Assembly: GCF_009914755.1 (NCBI RefSeq)
Contig: NC_060934.1
DNA: 64,000 bases
Strand: one strand, 5' to 3'
From: the human T2T-CHM13v2.0 reference genome, Homo sapiens
Below the pieces are notes generated by a model, which saw only the letters and a list, made by a program, of their open reading frames with translations, had not been told where the DNA came from and did not search any database. Positions 28,605-47,009 of the stretch are shown one piece after another; the first letter of the stretch is position 1, and the number at the start of each line of letters is the position of its first letter. Position numbers and translations under genes: made by a program.

Positions 28605-30360
28605 TTATATGTTATACTGTCTTAGCACTGTGGCAACATGACTATCTGTAGGCTGCATGAAAAATTGTAGGCATACTCGAAAGTGTAAGAAATGGAGTGA
28701 GCCTTGTATACTCATCACAGACTTAGCAATTATCAAAGTTTTCCTATATGTGTTTCACCTATCCCTCTTTTCCTTTTCATTCATTTGTGGCAATATTAAC
28801 ACAAATCTAGACACTATAACATTTACCCCCATACATTTCAGTGTTCATCTACAAAAATTAGACTTTTTTTTTTTTTTTACAAAATTATGCAAGAGTTTTA
28901 ACATATTGCCAATGCCACTAGCTTTACCAAAAATTATTTAAATGATATCTGTTTACAAAGTGAACACTGACATATGCTGATAATATTTTCTCCATATTAA
29001 TTCCCAAGGTCTAATGAATATTTTCTGTATGTCACTCTGGGTAGGAAAGATCGCCTGTGAAATGTAATGTGAATGCAAGATCATGACAATTTCCAGGTCA
29101 TTTAGATGATGTATGGATTTAACAAGACTGATACAGTATTTGAAACTAACCCTATTAGAGAATTTGCAGAACACATGGTTGCTCTCATGACCAAGAAAAA
29201 AAATTACTAAGATTATACTCCGGTTTTAAAAAACCTCTTTAAATTGTAAAGCATTTTTTATAATATTTAAGAGAAAGTGAGTTGGTGTTAGTACTTTCAG
29301 ATTTTTTGCTTTCATCCATTATGAGCACAGAAGTTAATATCTTAATCCTGGAAGTCTTTTCTCCCCCTCTAGCATCTGTGCAATGAAAATATCAGCCTGT
29401 CCTATTTGTCAGAGGAAAGGAGGTAATCAAAGGCAGTTTCAGGAAGAGCACAGAGTCTTCTAGATGTGAAACATTATTTATTCAGGGGTTGCTATTCCAT
29501 CAGAGCAATTATGGAATGCAGAGAGAGTCAAGCTGGGACTTTTTAATAATGTTTATAGAATTTTGGAGGAAGCTCACTTGAACTGAATAAAGGGGGAAAT
29601 GTGAAAAGGAGGACTGATGCATTCACTTGAAATTCAAGAAAAATAAGCCAGAGCCAAAATTGGCACCACCCAAACACTGACCTCATCACAGAACCATGTT
29701 CCGTGTTCTCCTTCAGAGGAAATAATATTGTCAGCCACAACATTTTGTGAGTGTCATGGTCACCTATTCTAAGTTTGAAACTTTTGACACTGAGGGTACC
29801 TTACTGAGTAGCTCTCAGCAAAGACTGAGAATGTGTTGTGGGCACATGTTGTCCCCTCATGCTCCCATGTCTAGGTGCCTGCTGCTCAGCTGGCTTACCC
29901 ACTCACTGATGGAGTCACTTCAGGCTTCCCTGGCCTTTCTCTCTTCTCGTTTCAATAAAGGGCCAAGTTATTACATTTATGTGCAAACCTACTATGTGCT
30001 CACTTCTATTACAAATATCATAATCCTGCATTTAAACTCTGTTTTCTTGCTTGTCTTCCTCAAACCACTGTGAGCTTGTTGAGGCAAGTATCGTATCTTT
30101 GATTTTTATATAACCAGTGTCTAGCATCTAGCATTTAATCCACTCACTCATAGATTAAATCAGAGAAAAAAAATCAAACATTTTTCTTAGGTAGAACAGT
30201 ATAAATTATATAAATAACATTTTATTTTTATATTCTTGGTTATAATTCAAAAGATTTTAAAAAACAATATGAAGGTAACCACAGCCCTGTTTGAGTTCAG
30301 AAGTTACCTGTTAATCTTTTATGGCATTTTGATCATTGCTCATTTTAAAAATAGCACTTA

Positions 30361-30658
<298 letters not shown>

Positions 30659-32164
30659 GGTATTTATTTGAAAGAGAGAAAACATCAAATTAAAATAGCA
30701 ACATCTCTGTTTAATATTCTTTCAGTTGTATAAAAAATATAAGCATTGGGGTCTGCAAAACCTATATGGGAAAATAGGAACATCAAAAGCAAAATTGAAT
30801 CAAATCGAACACTAGCACCTCAACAATAACTTGGGGTTCATGATCATTTTTCCTTAAAAGTACTGGGAAAGTGCTGGTTACTAGTAAGAAAAAAGAAAGT
30901 AAAAACAATAAAGTGTTTAGTTCAACATAAATTATGAAAGCTAAATCTTTTTTAATAGTTATTTTTTAGCAAGGAAATAAAATGTAGTGTTATGTGAGAA
31001 GAGGGAAAGGTAGGCAGGAGAAGGGAGGAGGGAACAGTGAGTAATTGATGCTTAAAACACTGGCAGCTCAGGAAAAACTGACAAAAACTGAGAGACAGTT
31101 CCTTATTGAATAATAAAAAGTTTTGCTGCTTTTCTGTTTTCACATCAGGGCATATTTAGTGCTTTATACTGAAAACGACAACGGAGAAAGGATGCAAGGA
31201 TTTACAAATGCCTTCTTATTAGATAGTTTCTAATGAGAAGTTAGAAGTTAAAAGTATTAGAAGTTCTCAGAAGTTCCTTAAGTTCAACATGCTAATGGAA
31301 AGCCAGTTGATCTTTTAGAATTCCTTTAGGAATATCTCTGCTTGTGTATCATTTACTCAGGAAAGTGGCCAGAAATTTCCAGGTTTCCCTGGTTTGCTAT
31401 ATGTCTTTGAGTCTTTAGAATTCCTTTTGTTAATTTCCACTCTACTAAAACAAGCACTGAGAAAATTTTTGCCCTAAATATTTTTAGCCTAAAATCACCC
31501 TATGAGGCTAAGATGAATTCAAGGCTGGGCATATATTGTACCAGTTGGCTGCAGGATTTTGAAGAAACAAAGTCAGTCACACTGCAGTTTGGTATCAAAC
31601 CTACTGGAAATATTCAATTTAAACCAATTGTGAAAGTACTACATTGTTTCTGGAAGAAATGATGAAATACAATATTATGGGCTCACAAGAGAAAATACAC
31701 TCTGATACCAGCATGTGCTTCAATTTGGGAAACACAAGGTCTTCTTTGTCATAAAGACAAATTGAGTTTTGAGGCAAGCCATTACAATTCTGGTCTCTAA
31801 ATTGGTATATAAAACTATAGAAAATTCAAAAGATCAAACAAATCTTAACTATAATGACGATTATGAAATTGCTTTTTGATTCCCATTAATGCTGAGACAT
31901 GCACTCCTAAAAGGAATGTTTAACAAGAAAAAAATAAAATTAAAAAAATGTGTTTGCTCTGTAATGACCAAAAAAGATTTTCACAATACTAAAACTAAAA
32001 AAAGATATCCCTGGTCTCCTGTATATGTCTTTTGGTCTACAGAATTTGTTAAATAATAACCTTGAGAATTCAGATTGTTATGGAGTAACCTTTTTCCAAA
32101 ACTGTAAAAACTCCAAAATTAAAAAAACGATTTTTTCTTACTTAAAAGTGTTGAATGTTTTCTC

Positions 32165-32330
32165 AGTGTATCCTCAAAGCAACTCAAGAAGTCAGTATTG
32201 CTATCTCCATGTACTAAAGGACAAAACTGAGGCTCAGAGAGGTAATATAACTTGCCTAAATGACACAGGAAGAATCCAACTTAGGATTCAAACTCTCTGT
32301 GATTTCAAAACACAGGCACACGTGTTGAAA
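32165..32330 (-). mobile_element. MIR
   Basis: aaaactgaggctcagagaggtaatataacttgcctaaatgacacag. Confidence 0.8.
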
Positions 32331-33135
32331 GTATTTAAATTACTTGTTATTTGTCAACATAAGACTATTGCTATTTTGCAACCCTACTCCAATATCTGAG
32401 CTAGGCCTGAGAAATATCACAGCTATGCCCACACCCAGCAGGCAGAAGAGAAGCTAAATGCCAGACAGGGGAGGTTATCAGAATCTGAGGGCCCTTTTGT
32501 GTGGTTTCCTATTATCTGAAGATTTAGAAACACCTGTCTTGTGTTTTGGGTCAATCTTAATGAGCAATTCAGCAAACCTAAATTTGATACATACAGGGAG
32601 AGGCAGTAACTTCATTAACAAGTTTCTGGTTAATTGTGGGCTGAACTTTCACTTTGCTTGACAAAACTCTAGTCTTTTCTTCATGAATAATGAGCATATC
32701 AAAGATGACAGCATGGGTGTTTGAAGAGTTTAGGGAACAGTCTTCACAAGTTCCTTCAAAATTGCCAACAACTTCTCCTATCTACTCCATAAAATAGCTA
32801 CTCTAAATTTGTTATTAAAATGAACTCACGAAGGCAGCAATGTTTCCCATTTCTCTTTGTAACCTAGAACTTAAAAACGGATGAGCAAGGAGCAGGACCC
32901 CAAACATGTTTGTGAAATAAAGCAAAGGGCTACAATTTGCAGCTTCTTCTTTGCTATATTATGGTGAAGTAACAATGGTGCTCTTTGAATTAACATTATA
33001 ACAAAACTTTATGTTACTACAAAAACTTCCTGGACTTCATTTTTATGGCTATGTGTACATAGAGCCACTTCCATATATACTCATTGTCTGACTGAATTAT
33101 CTGAATTATTTATTTACCATTATCTTTCTGTCTCT

Positions 33136-33303
33136 CTTTTTTTTTTTTTTTTTTAAAGAGACAGGGTCTCACTCTGTCACCCAGGCTGGAGTATAAAGAA
33201 GCAATCAGAGCTCACTGCAGCCTCCATCTTCTGGGCTCGAGCAGTCTACCCGCCTTGTCTTCCCAAAGTGCTAGGATTAAATGCCTGAGCCAGAGCAACT
33301 GGC
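33136..33303 (-). mobile_element. Alu monomer (FAM/FRAM/FLAM type)
   Basis: poly-T plus a single diverged Alu arm. Confidence 0.8.
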
Positions 33304-33503
33304 GCATTGACCATTTTTCTTATTGTTTAAACAGATTGTTTCCAAATTTTTGCTCTGTTAAGTAACACTTTGGTAAACAACTTGGTGCAATATTACACTT
33401 TACACATCCTATTTGACTCAGATCTTCTGTGAATTCTTAGTGACCTTTCTGAGGGGTGAGGTTTTGGTGTGCTGCATGCTTTGTCAAGAAAGAAGTGGGT
33501 TAC

Positions 33504-33701
33504 CTTATTGCTCAGGTTCACATTCGCATTTCTACCGAGGAGCAGCGACACCATGTCCACGTGCCCTTCCTGAGCTGCGAGATGGACGGAAGCAATTCCT
33601 TGCCGGGTAACTGCGTTGGCATCAGCACCATATTCCAGCAGAGTTGTCGCTATGTCCATCTGGTTCTTTTTGGCAGCGATGTGCAGTGGCGTATAACCAT
33701 T
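33504..33701 (-). CDS. ANK3: Ankyrin-G exon (~17), 198 nt, [16 protein letters not shown]...NANVNLSNK
   Basis: TGACAG|AAT and AAG|GTAACC; two ankyrin repeats. Confidence 0.97.
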
Positions 33702-33894
33702 CTGTCAACACAAATCACTTGGTCACATGCCCAGGAACAAGATAAAAATGTGCACAGTGCATTTTCAAATAGTTTATGTCTCTTTCTAGTGGTTTTCTAT
33801 GATTGCTTAAGAAATCATGATTAAGTAAGCAAATACTGGTAAACCAAGTGGTACATGAATATAGTGCCCTCATGTATCCTGCATTCCTAAGTAG

Positions 33895-34243
<349 letters not shown>

Positions 34244-36000
34244 TAATATGGACATTTTAATCAAAAAGAGTTAGAGCATTATTGGTTTTCCAAAAGGAAT
34301 ATAAATTTCCCTTTTACAGGAAATTATGTTACAACATGCTCGATAATTACTTGCTTTATTTAAATTGAGGACAGGAGGAAGAAGCAACAAACAATCAGTT
34401 ATCACTAGGGCATGTTCAGAGCCATTCATTCTTTTATTTAAAAAAATACCTTTAATTGCCATCTACTGCTTACAAGTTGAAATTTTTAATGTTCATGGAA
34501 GTTAAGACACTACCATCTCTCCTCATTTGGCCTTTTGATTTCCTCTTTTACAAAACCTGTCTTCATGCTGGTCTGTCATCCTGCATGTCCCCCAAACAGA
34601 ATATAGTCTCATGTTTCTCTGTCTTGCCTTACTCTACAAGAATGCTTTTCCCCAACATGCCCAGCAGCCAGCATCTGTCAGCTGAAAATTCAGCTCAAGG
34701 GTCACACCCTCCATGAGGTTTTTTATTTCTTCCCATCCCTCAAGCCTCAACCCCTACCCCCAACCCTGACTGACTCTTATCAAAGTCCTGGGGATATTTA
34801 GTGGCACTCTTTTGTTTATTTATCTGTCCCCTCCTACTAAATATACATTTCTTAAGGGCGTATATTGTGTTATATTTGTCTTTGTATCTCTCTAGTGCCT
34901 CACAATAACTGCCATGTATTAATTACATGAAGAAAGGAATCCTCAGGTTTTGAATCAAGAGTACTAGAGCTTTCAGCATATTCTGGCATCCTTTTCTTGG
35001 CTGACCCCTGATACCCAGAGAGAGACAATCAAGATTCCCTTGATAAACTGTTAGTCAGCTGTGCCTCAGGAGCCATCAGGGTCTTCTGCCCCAAGAAAGA
35101 GTTTTGGGGGATGTTGCCCTGGTTCACAGTCACTTACAAGAAGTGTAAGATTACACTTTGACATGGACATAAACCTGAGTATGTAAAATATGCTAATGAC
35201 AAATCAGAATGATTTTTTTCCATAGACAGGAAGATTTAGAAAAAGAAAATAGAATCTAAGAATTTATATTTGGAAGTATGATCCAAATCTTGACAATGGA
35301 TCAGTCACAATCTTTTTGAGCCATGTGGAAGGATCACAAACAACACAGAGGGTTTTGAGGGGCTGCTGCACCCAGTACTCAGCCATCCTGCTGCAATGAA
35401 CCTCACATTTAAGTCACTGGCATGTCCAAGTCCAACAGCATTCCTCACTTGACAAACCCTTATATCAACCCATGAAAGTGGAAATGTCACTTCTAGACTC
35501 TTCTGAAACTAGCCTCTGCCAAACTGGATGAGCCAGGGTAAAAGAAGATTTTATATCCCTATTTTTAATTTTGACCTATTGCCATCTGAAAACCCCAGCT
35601 GCCCTGAGAAGCATTTGGCCCTCTGCTGGGACACACCCTTCAGAGACTGATGCCCGCAGAGCCAAATGCAGAGCTTTGGTCTGAGCCCAATGCTACAATA
35701 AGTGACCAGCATAAAAGAGAAAATTCACAAAGCAGCACTAAAATAGGAAATATAATTAGTCAATGTGTCTAACACTAACCTAACTACTTCGAGTGGTAAA
35801 GGCAAGATAAACTCAGAATTTAGCTTCTTATCATGCATCTTCTCTTTTTGCTTTTGCTATTGATATAATATTCAGGTTAGTCACTTCTCAACCCCCTAAC
35901 AAGGTAAGGCAGCTCACACATGAAAATCTTACTTACTTCTAATGCCACCAAAAAGAATCCTATGTCCTAAAAAAATGTTTTAATCAAGAGAGCTGTGGCA

Positions 36001-36190
36001 GTCAGGCATGGCGGTGCATGCCTGTAGTCTCAGCTACTTTAGAGGCTGAGCCAGGAGGATCACTTGAGCTCAGGAGCTCGAGACCACCCTGGGCAACATA
36101 GGGAGAGCCTGTCTTTAAAACTCTGAGAGAGACAGAGAGACAGATACAGGCAGAGACAGAGACAGAGAGAGAGACAGACAGAGACAGACT
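36001..36190 (+). mobile_element. FLAM-type Alu monomer with a (GA/GACA)n tail
   Basis: Single Alu arm then gagagacagagagacag repeats. Confidence 0.8.
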
Positions 36191-37460
36191 CAGCTCTGTA
36201 ATATATGCCAATTACAGACAAATTACTATTATTGCTCAAGGATTTATCTTGAGCTCCTTACCTGAGATACAAAGGAAAGTATAAAGCAAGGGAAAAGTGA
36301 CTCAGGTATTATTTTAGTATGAAAAGTTAATCTCAGAAAGACTTAAGAAATATCTTCAAATAATAAGCACATTTATCTTGAGGCTTATAATGAATTTTCT
36401 AAATTTTCTAAGTTGTTTCTACTTTGTGAAAAGTAAAAATGATTCTCACTTGCCATACTAAGAAAGGCAGATGCATCTATCAAAAGAAAAATTCAACAGG
36501 GAGTGATTCAACTGTAGAATAATTCTGACCTACAGGGTTTTTTCCCTCTTGATGTAGAGGACCAAGTGCTTGCCACATGTGCTTTTGCATTTCAAAATTA
36601 AAATAAAAGCAAATGCAATTTGAAATTATCAAAAGTAATATATAGCATTTAAATCATATTTTAATTTTTTTCAAGAACTTTCACAAATATACTGATCCAT
36701 ATCAATAGATATGTTGCACATTTTATGGAAGAGAAACCTGATAAATAATACTTAAAGCTCACTATCTCTTCTACAATTAGTATCCAGGTTATGCCTGAAC
36801 TCAAGCCAATCCTCTTGCCAGCATAAGGTCCTGCCACAGGAAATAGATTGGACTAAAATAGATTAGAGCTGCCCATCTACTTTTCAGTACCCCAATTTCC
36901 TGAAACCTCATCACATTTCTAGGACATGTATGAGTAAGACAATACATTGGCAATTTTAAAAAAGAGAAGAAAGGAGAAGAAAGGGTAAGGAGAAGGCATC
37001 ACATGCTCTAAGAAAAAGGACAAAGGATGTGATCTGATGATGAGTTAACATTGAGGTTGCTGCTGTCACATCCATGTGGTAATCATGCCCTATTGAGGCT
37101 CTGTACCTTATCTCTCACCACTGCCGGAATTCAGGAATGCCTGAGCTTCCCTGGAGTAAAGAAGGCAGATTGCCTACTCTGTATTTATTCTCCTTTCTTT
37201 CTTAGTGAAAACAAACAAACAAACAAACCCCCAAACCAAAATACAAAAAATAAAAGCAAAACAAAACAGACAAACTTCTCTGGTAGTGTGCTTAGCACTA
37301 TTTCTCAACCTTTTTTTGCACATAGAAGTGGCCAGTGGGGTGTAAGGAGATGTGGTTTGGTGGAACTTCTGGGAAAGCCTTGTTGTGCTGACTTTCTTGC
37401 TGCCTGTGGCTTGAAAGTAAATTTGGCAACCCAGTCAACAGTCTTTGGAGGGAAAAGCCA

Positions 37461-39640
<2,180 letters not shown>

Positions 39641-40162
39641 TCACAGGGAACTTGCCTCAACACCCTATATCAACATCAACAACTGCCCTGTCTACCTCCT
39701 GTTTGTGCCATGAGAAAATGGAGGCTCATCAATTTAAACCATTGTAGCTAGGACTTTTTTTTTTTTTCCTAGCAGATAAAGCCAATACCTAAAATTATAT
39801 GACTGGCTTTGCTTAAGATTAAAGTCTAGAAAAAGTTCCTGACCAGTACCACTGCCCTGAAGACAGGGATTATTGGACATGTGCCAGAGATGGCATTACC
39901 CAGGCTCTTATGGAGGCAATTGTGTATGGAAATGAGAATCAATGTCCCATTAGAAAAGCCTGTGTTTAATTGACTATAATAATATGCCTGAGGCTAATGG
40001 AATGTTATAAAGAATTATTTAAAGGATTGCTTTTCTTTTCAAATCTTTGTAAAGGATGTTTTGAAGATAGAGAACTATGAATACTAAGTCTTGTTTGACA
40101 AATGTAAAGGAGAAATCAACTAGGAATGTACCAACTATTGCCCTGTTTAAGAGTTATTTGTG

Positions 40163-40439
40163 CGCCTAGCACAGTAGCTCATGCCTGTAATCCCAGCATT
40201 TTGGGAGGCCAAGGAGGGCAGATCACTTGAGGTCAGGAGTTCAAGACCAGCTGGCCAACATGAAGAAACCCCATCTCTACTAAAAATACAAAAATTAGCT
40301 GGGTATGGTGGTACATGCCTGTAGTCTCATCTATTTGGGAGGCTGAGGCAGGAGAATTGCTTCAACCTGGGAGGCGGAGGTTGCAGTGAGCCAAGATCGT
40401 GCCACTACACTCCAGTCTGGGTGACAAAAAAAAAAAAAA
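40163..40439 (+). mobile_element. AluS
   Basis: Alu dimer; TTATTTGTG direct repeat on the flanks. Confidence 0.92.
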
Positions 40440-40577
40440 TTATTTGTGAGTAGAAAGAGAGATTGGAGTCATTTGCTGCACTTACTGCTTTATAACTTTG
40501 GTCAATTTTACACTGCTTTTTGTGCCAAAATTTTTATTCTCATCCAAGGAAAAAATAGTTCACTTACTAATTATTTA

Positions 40578-41495
<918 letters not shown>

Positions 41496-41893
41496 CTTTT
41501 TTTAAGTTAAAGTTTTATCAAGTCACATTGTGGTTTTGTAATAGAAAGAATGTTTGTCAGGGTCAGAAACTGTGGAGGGGAAAGCTACATTTAGATTAAA
41601 AGCAAGTTTGTGAGTTTGATTTTGAATTTTAGATTTCACTGGGTATAATTCTGGAGAGGATGGGGCAGAAAATGATCGAAAGTTTCCAGGAAGAAATATC
41701 TGTCGAAGATAACATACTCTCTAAATGGAGAGAGTACCTAAAACTTGATCTCTTAGGGTATCTAAAGTAATCTAGAACCCCAGTTCATTCATCTGTGTAT
41801 ACAATGATGTGATCTAAACATTAGGTTTAAAGGAGAGCACTGCAGCTGCCCCAACATGGATTAGCAAATCAAAGATGTAAAAAGCATAAGGGA

Positions 41894-42197
<304 letters not shown>

Positions 42198-42926
42198 TCA
42201 TAAGGGATACTCAATGGTCCTCCAACCAATAGTGTTTAGCGAAATAACTGAACAACACTGAAATGGTTTGCATCATTTCAGTGTTCTCTGATCATAGCCA
42301 CCTGCTCAACAATAGGAAGCTTATTAAACCAATAGCACTCTATTAACCTGTCTTTAAGGAAGCTCTTCTTTATGATTTGTCCCTCAAATTAGATTACTAA
42401 AATAATAATATAGCTATATACCCACTCAGTTTCTCTTTTCTCAGAAATCTAAGTTGTCTACTGATCAAAAAGGCCCTAACAATAAAGATCCTCCTTAGCA
42501 ATAATAAAAACACACATGTAAAACCTCTCAACCTATTTTACTAAATGCAAATAAACAACTTGAAGGCAATTATGTGGCCAGAAAAATGTAACACATGTTT
42601 CATAATTCTGACAAATCAGAACTTTCTTACTTCCTCAGGCTGTGCTTATGTTTTTCATCTGGCTAAAGAGTGTTCCAGCTCTCCTTCCTCCAGGAGGTCC
42701 TGGATTGCCAAAGACAATCAACTGACAAGTAAATATTTCCTGAGTATCTACCATATTAGCAGACTAAATCACTGAAGGCACAGATGTCCTAAGGTGCTTC
42801 TATTTCTGTGATTTTTTAGTGGTGCCTAAACTAGGAGGGTGCTCCTGCTGAAGCAGAAGTAGATGTGCAGATAGAGACTGATAGACCTTACCCATCAGTC
42901 TCCTTAGGCTGTGGAATTATAGGTAC

Positions 42927-43025
42927 CTTTGCGGCTGCGTGAGGTGAGGCTCCTTGGTCCAAAAGCAGAAGGGCCACTTTCTGATTATCGTAATGTGCAG
43001 CTACATGCAGTGGTGTTAGCCCGCT
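42927..43025 (-). CDS. ANK3: Ankyrin-G exon (~16), 99 nt, [33 protein letters not shown]
   Basis: TTTCAG|AGC and AAG|GTACCT (non-optimal donor); translated by hand. Confidence 0.96.
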
Positions 43026-43308
43026 CTGAAAACACGTGCAGAAACAACAACCAGTGTCAAAGGTGTCTTAAAACCAGAGGCTTAGATTGAGGAAATGAAA
43101 TTAGATTGGATACGACATAGGGCATATTTACATTCCGGTTTCCACAGTACTTGGACCCCAGCATTTACCTTTTATTTCCCAAGTGCTCTTCATCCTAGTG
43201 GGACTTAAATATTTAGTTATAATTTGAGTGGCTATTAGTGAATATTAGCAAGGGTGTATTTTGTTATCGTGGAAGTGGCCTGCTTCAGGGTGGCTGGTGA
43301 CCTCTTAC

Positions 43309-43407
43309 CTTCCCAGCAGCATCTGGAGATGCACTTTTCTGTAGCAGGAGATTGGCGACTTCAAGCTTTCCATATTTTGCTGCCACATGAAGAGGAGTAA
43401 ATCCTTT
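43309..43407 (-). CDS. ANK3: Ankyrin-G exon (~15), 99 nt, [33 protein letters not shown]
   Basis: poly-T tract then CAG|AAA; AAG|GTAAGA. Confidence 0.97.
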
Positions 43408-45121
43408 CTGAAAAAAAAAAAACATAAAAATAATGAACAATAGAAATGACATAAGGAAAACACACACAAAACCCAAACCAAACAACAAACAAACAAAAAG
43501 ATATGACATAAGGGCACTGCTTTCCAGAACTGATTAATTATTCTATTGATGATGAGCAGTGAAGTCTGCATTTAAAGTCCAAGACTCACAGATAAGAGTT
43601 CAAGAGCCTTCTTATTGACAGGGTGTGAGCATAACATACCAGGATACCTAATCTTTCTCCCTTCTGCTGACTGAGCCATGACATGCTATTGGTTCTGGAA
43701 GTCTTCAGGTATCTCACCAGGATGAAGTTGGAGAGCTGGATCTGGGGCTTATTCTAGGGCTGTTTTCAGAGTTTCATATTGTGGGAAGAATAAGTTATAG
43801 GGTCCCAGACTCAGTTTGGAGGGCTTGGGAAAATCCAGGGCAAGTCTGAACCTCTCACAATCTCACATCACCAGACCAGCCACTTTTCTTCTTCTTTCCC
43901 CGTTTCTCCATGTATACACAATCCTTATGTGTCCTCTAGTCTTCAGGAGGAGGAGTGAGAAATTCTCTCACCTTTGCCACCAGAGGTGAACTGAATAATG
44001 ACATGGTTTTAGAATGACGACGCCTATTCTGTAGGTGAACTGAATAATGACACATGGACAAATATGCAACACTTGGATATTAATAGCTGAGTGGCTGGCT
44101 CCCTCAGACTTCCAACTCCTACAAGAATCTGTGTATCAACCAGCCAATCAGCACACTGTTGTGGGGGTCCCAATCATGAGTCAGGGATTACGGGGTCATC
44201 AGCACATTTGACCTCATGAGACTACAGCAAACTAAAAGGAATGTGCAGCTGGTATGGTGAAATGCCTGAATACTCAAGACCCTATCACCCATTATTCTGT
44301 TTCACATCAAATGAGCTTCCTGAACTTGCATCTCAACTCTACTGAAGAGCCCAAAGAATCACAAGAAATGAAATTTGAGGTAGTCATCATTTATCCCGAT
44401 AGTTTTCTATTTGTAATTGTCTTCTATATTGATTACACATTAATCTTTCTTATCTGCATCCAAATAAAAGAGTGCAGTACCAGTTACTAGCTTTGGAAGA
44501 TGCGCCACAAGCCAATTCATCTTGCTATCACACTTGCAAGGCTTATGTAGTATCACAAAAAAAATGAGCTCCAAATTTTGCATTCTGCACATGCAGAACA
44601 ACTGTTTATGTTAGGGTATTACTCTAAGGCATCAGAGTTGAGATAAAAATAAATCAAACCATAAATCAGACAAGACAATAATGACACAAAAAAGAACAAG
44701 AACAAACAAAAACAACCCCAAGAAAAATTCACTGCCAGTTTTGCAAGTATTATAAAAGCATCTACCAACCGAGCTGTGATAATGTGGTTTGTGTGCTTGG
44801 CCTGAGCATTTTGCTAATCTGTGGCTCTGTTTTTAAACTACCATTTAAGGCCACCAAATAATTTACAAGAAATCTGACTCTGGATATCAGTAAGGTTTCA
44901 TTGGAAGATAACATACTAAGAAACTTAAGGCAAAAAACCCCCCACAAAATACTACCAGTTACCCTCTCCCACCACAGAGCTTTGCTGGCCATATTAATGA
45001 CTACTGTGGGATCGCAAGAATAGATGCTGTTGTGCAGCTTCTGGACCTGTTACTATGCGGGGAAACGTAAGGAAGATGTATTTGGGGGGACAGAGCAGGA
45101 TTCTGAGATTTGCTTTCATAC

Positions 45122-45319
45122 CTTTGTTGTTATAGATAAAGACGCTCCATGATCCAAAAGGAACGCGGCCACATCCTCATGCCCCTCTCGGGCGGAAAGG
45201 TGAAGTGGGGTGTACCCAGAAGTTGTGGCTGCATTTGGAGATGCCCCTTGCTGCAACAGCTGTTGTACTATGTCTGCTTTCCCCAGTCGGGCTGAAATGT
45301 GGAGTGGTGTTTGGTCATC
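45122..45319 (-). CDS. ANK3: Ankyrin-G exon (~14), 198 nt, [16 protein letters not shown]...[10 protein letters not shown]
   Basis: GTTTAG|GAT and AAG|GTATGA; two ankyrin repeats translated by hand (absent from the ORF track). Confidence 0.97.
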
Positions 45320-46910
45320 CTAAACAGCAAGGTAGAAATGTAAGGCTGATGAGCTGAGGAAACAATGGTGCCTTTATGAAAAATTCAGGGAATATTAGCT
45401 GCTTGATGTAAGAGGTACAATCAACTTTTTGAGTCAATGCTAAAAAAACTCATTTGTCTTTTTCTTCAATGCTCAGAAATGAGGAGATGGTAGCTCTAAG
45501 CTAATTAAATACCTGTGGAGAGTGACTCATTAATAAGAAAACCATGAAATGCAGTTGTCTATAAATTACACCCCACCCACACCTGCCACAGAGAATCAAA
45601 TTTGAACTTTAATTGCTCCTTCTTTGGGAGATAAGAGAATGTACCCTAGTAAAACTCATATACCTGGGAGGGATATTATACCTCCACACCAGTTATTATG
45701 CACTCACATGGAATGAATTATTTTGTTGGTTCTGCCTTCCCATAGACAAAAGCAGAGTGTGAGGAAGGCAGTGTGGGGTTGCGCAGTATACCTGTGCAAA
45801 GGCTCCCAGCTGAAGGGTCAGCAGGGGCTGATGCCCTCTGCTTGCCAGGCTGTGCATCCTGGCAAGGGCTGCATCTGTCTAAACTGGAGAGCCACCTCAC
45901 TACAATTCACCCAAGGGCAGGAGGTACTCACCAAGTCCTGATCCCCTAGGGTCTTATCCCCAAGTGGGAGGCGCAAATCATCTTAATTTGCTCAAAGATC
46001 CCTGTGGTAGTCCTCTAAATAGAAATTCTCTACTGAATTGTGATAAGGTTCAGGTAAATGGTTTAAGTAGGAAAGGTAGAGAAAAGAGGCTAGAATAGAG
46101 GACACCATTTTGGAAGAATAAGGAGGATGAGGGTCAATGTCAAAGTAAGAGGGGCTATCTAACCAGTAGGAAGCATGAGGAGTTAGGGAGATGCTGCAAG
46201 GGAGAAGAGGAATATTGAAAGCAGAAACGAATAGGTGCCAAGGAAAAATCTCACATACTGCTACTACTGCCACCCCTTACTTGAAACTAGAGACTGCAGA
46301 CTTGTGCAAATGTATATTTACATATTGTAGGTTGAAATTAAGTGGTTTATGATTCTGGACCTGAACTGCCATTCTGATAGCCTGACCGAACTATCTATCC
46401 CAATAGCAGCAGATAAGTGGGTTTCTCCTGCAGGTGAAATACGAGGCCAATTCTGAAGTGGCCATACAGCTTGTGTAGAAAAAAAAAAAAATCCCCCATT
46501 TTCCTTTTGTGGCTGTTGACAGCTGACTTATAAGTCAACCAGAAAAGCTCAGTTATGCTTCTAGGTTGTGATTGTTCTAGAAGCTTTGTGCATAAGCCCT
46601 TCTCCACGGAGTGTGAAGAACTTTGGACCAAGTCTAGATTCAGTCCCCAATCTGTTAGGGACTAGCCGTGTGCTGACAGTTTCAGGCACAAGTTCTCATC
46701 TCATCCTATTTCATTTTGTTAAATAATAGAATGAACAAATGTGCAGGGAAGGGATTTTTTACAATGTTACTTGGGTAGGGACTTTTATCATTGGAGGTTT
46801 TTCAATATTTTTAAAGTATTCTTGAAAGACTGCATGTATATACTTAAAAGTTTTATGAAAATCCAACAGTTTTTCCTCAATTTCAAACACTTGTCAAGTA
46901 TTGCGCATAC

Positions 46911-47009
46911 CTTAGCTTTAGCTTCTACCTGAGCTCCGTCTTGTACCAGATACCGCACAACTTCAGCTTGGCCGGAGCGAGCTGCCATGTGCAGTGCTGT
47001 TTCTCCTCT
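46911..47009 (-). CDS. ANK3: Ankyrin-G exon (~13), 99 nt, [33 protein letters not shown]
   Basis: CCCCAG|AGA and AAG|GTATGC. Confidence 0.97.

Noticed and set aside
33413-33824. Antisense ORFs over exon 17 (similar ones over exons 9 and 18)
   Set aside because: Shadow ORFs expected opposite GC-richer coding exons
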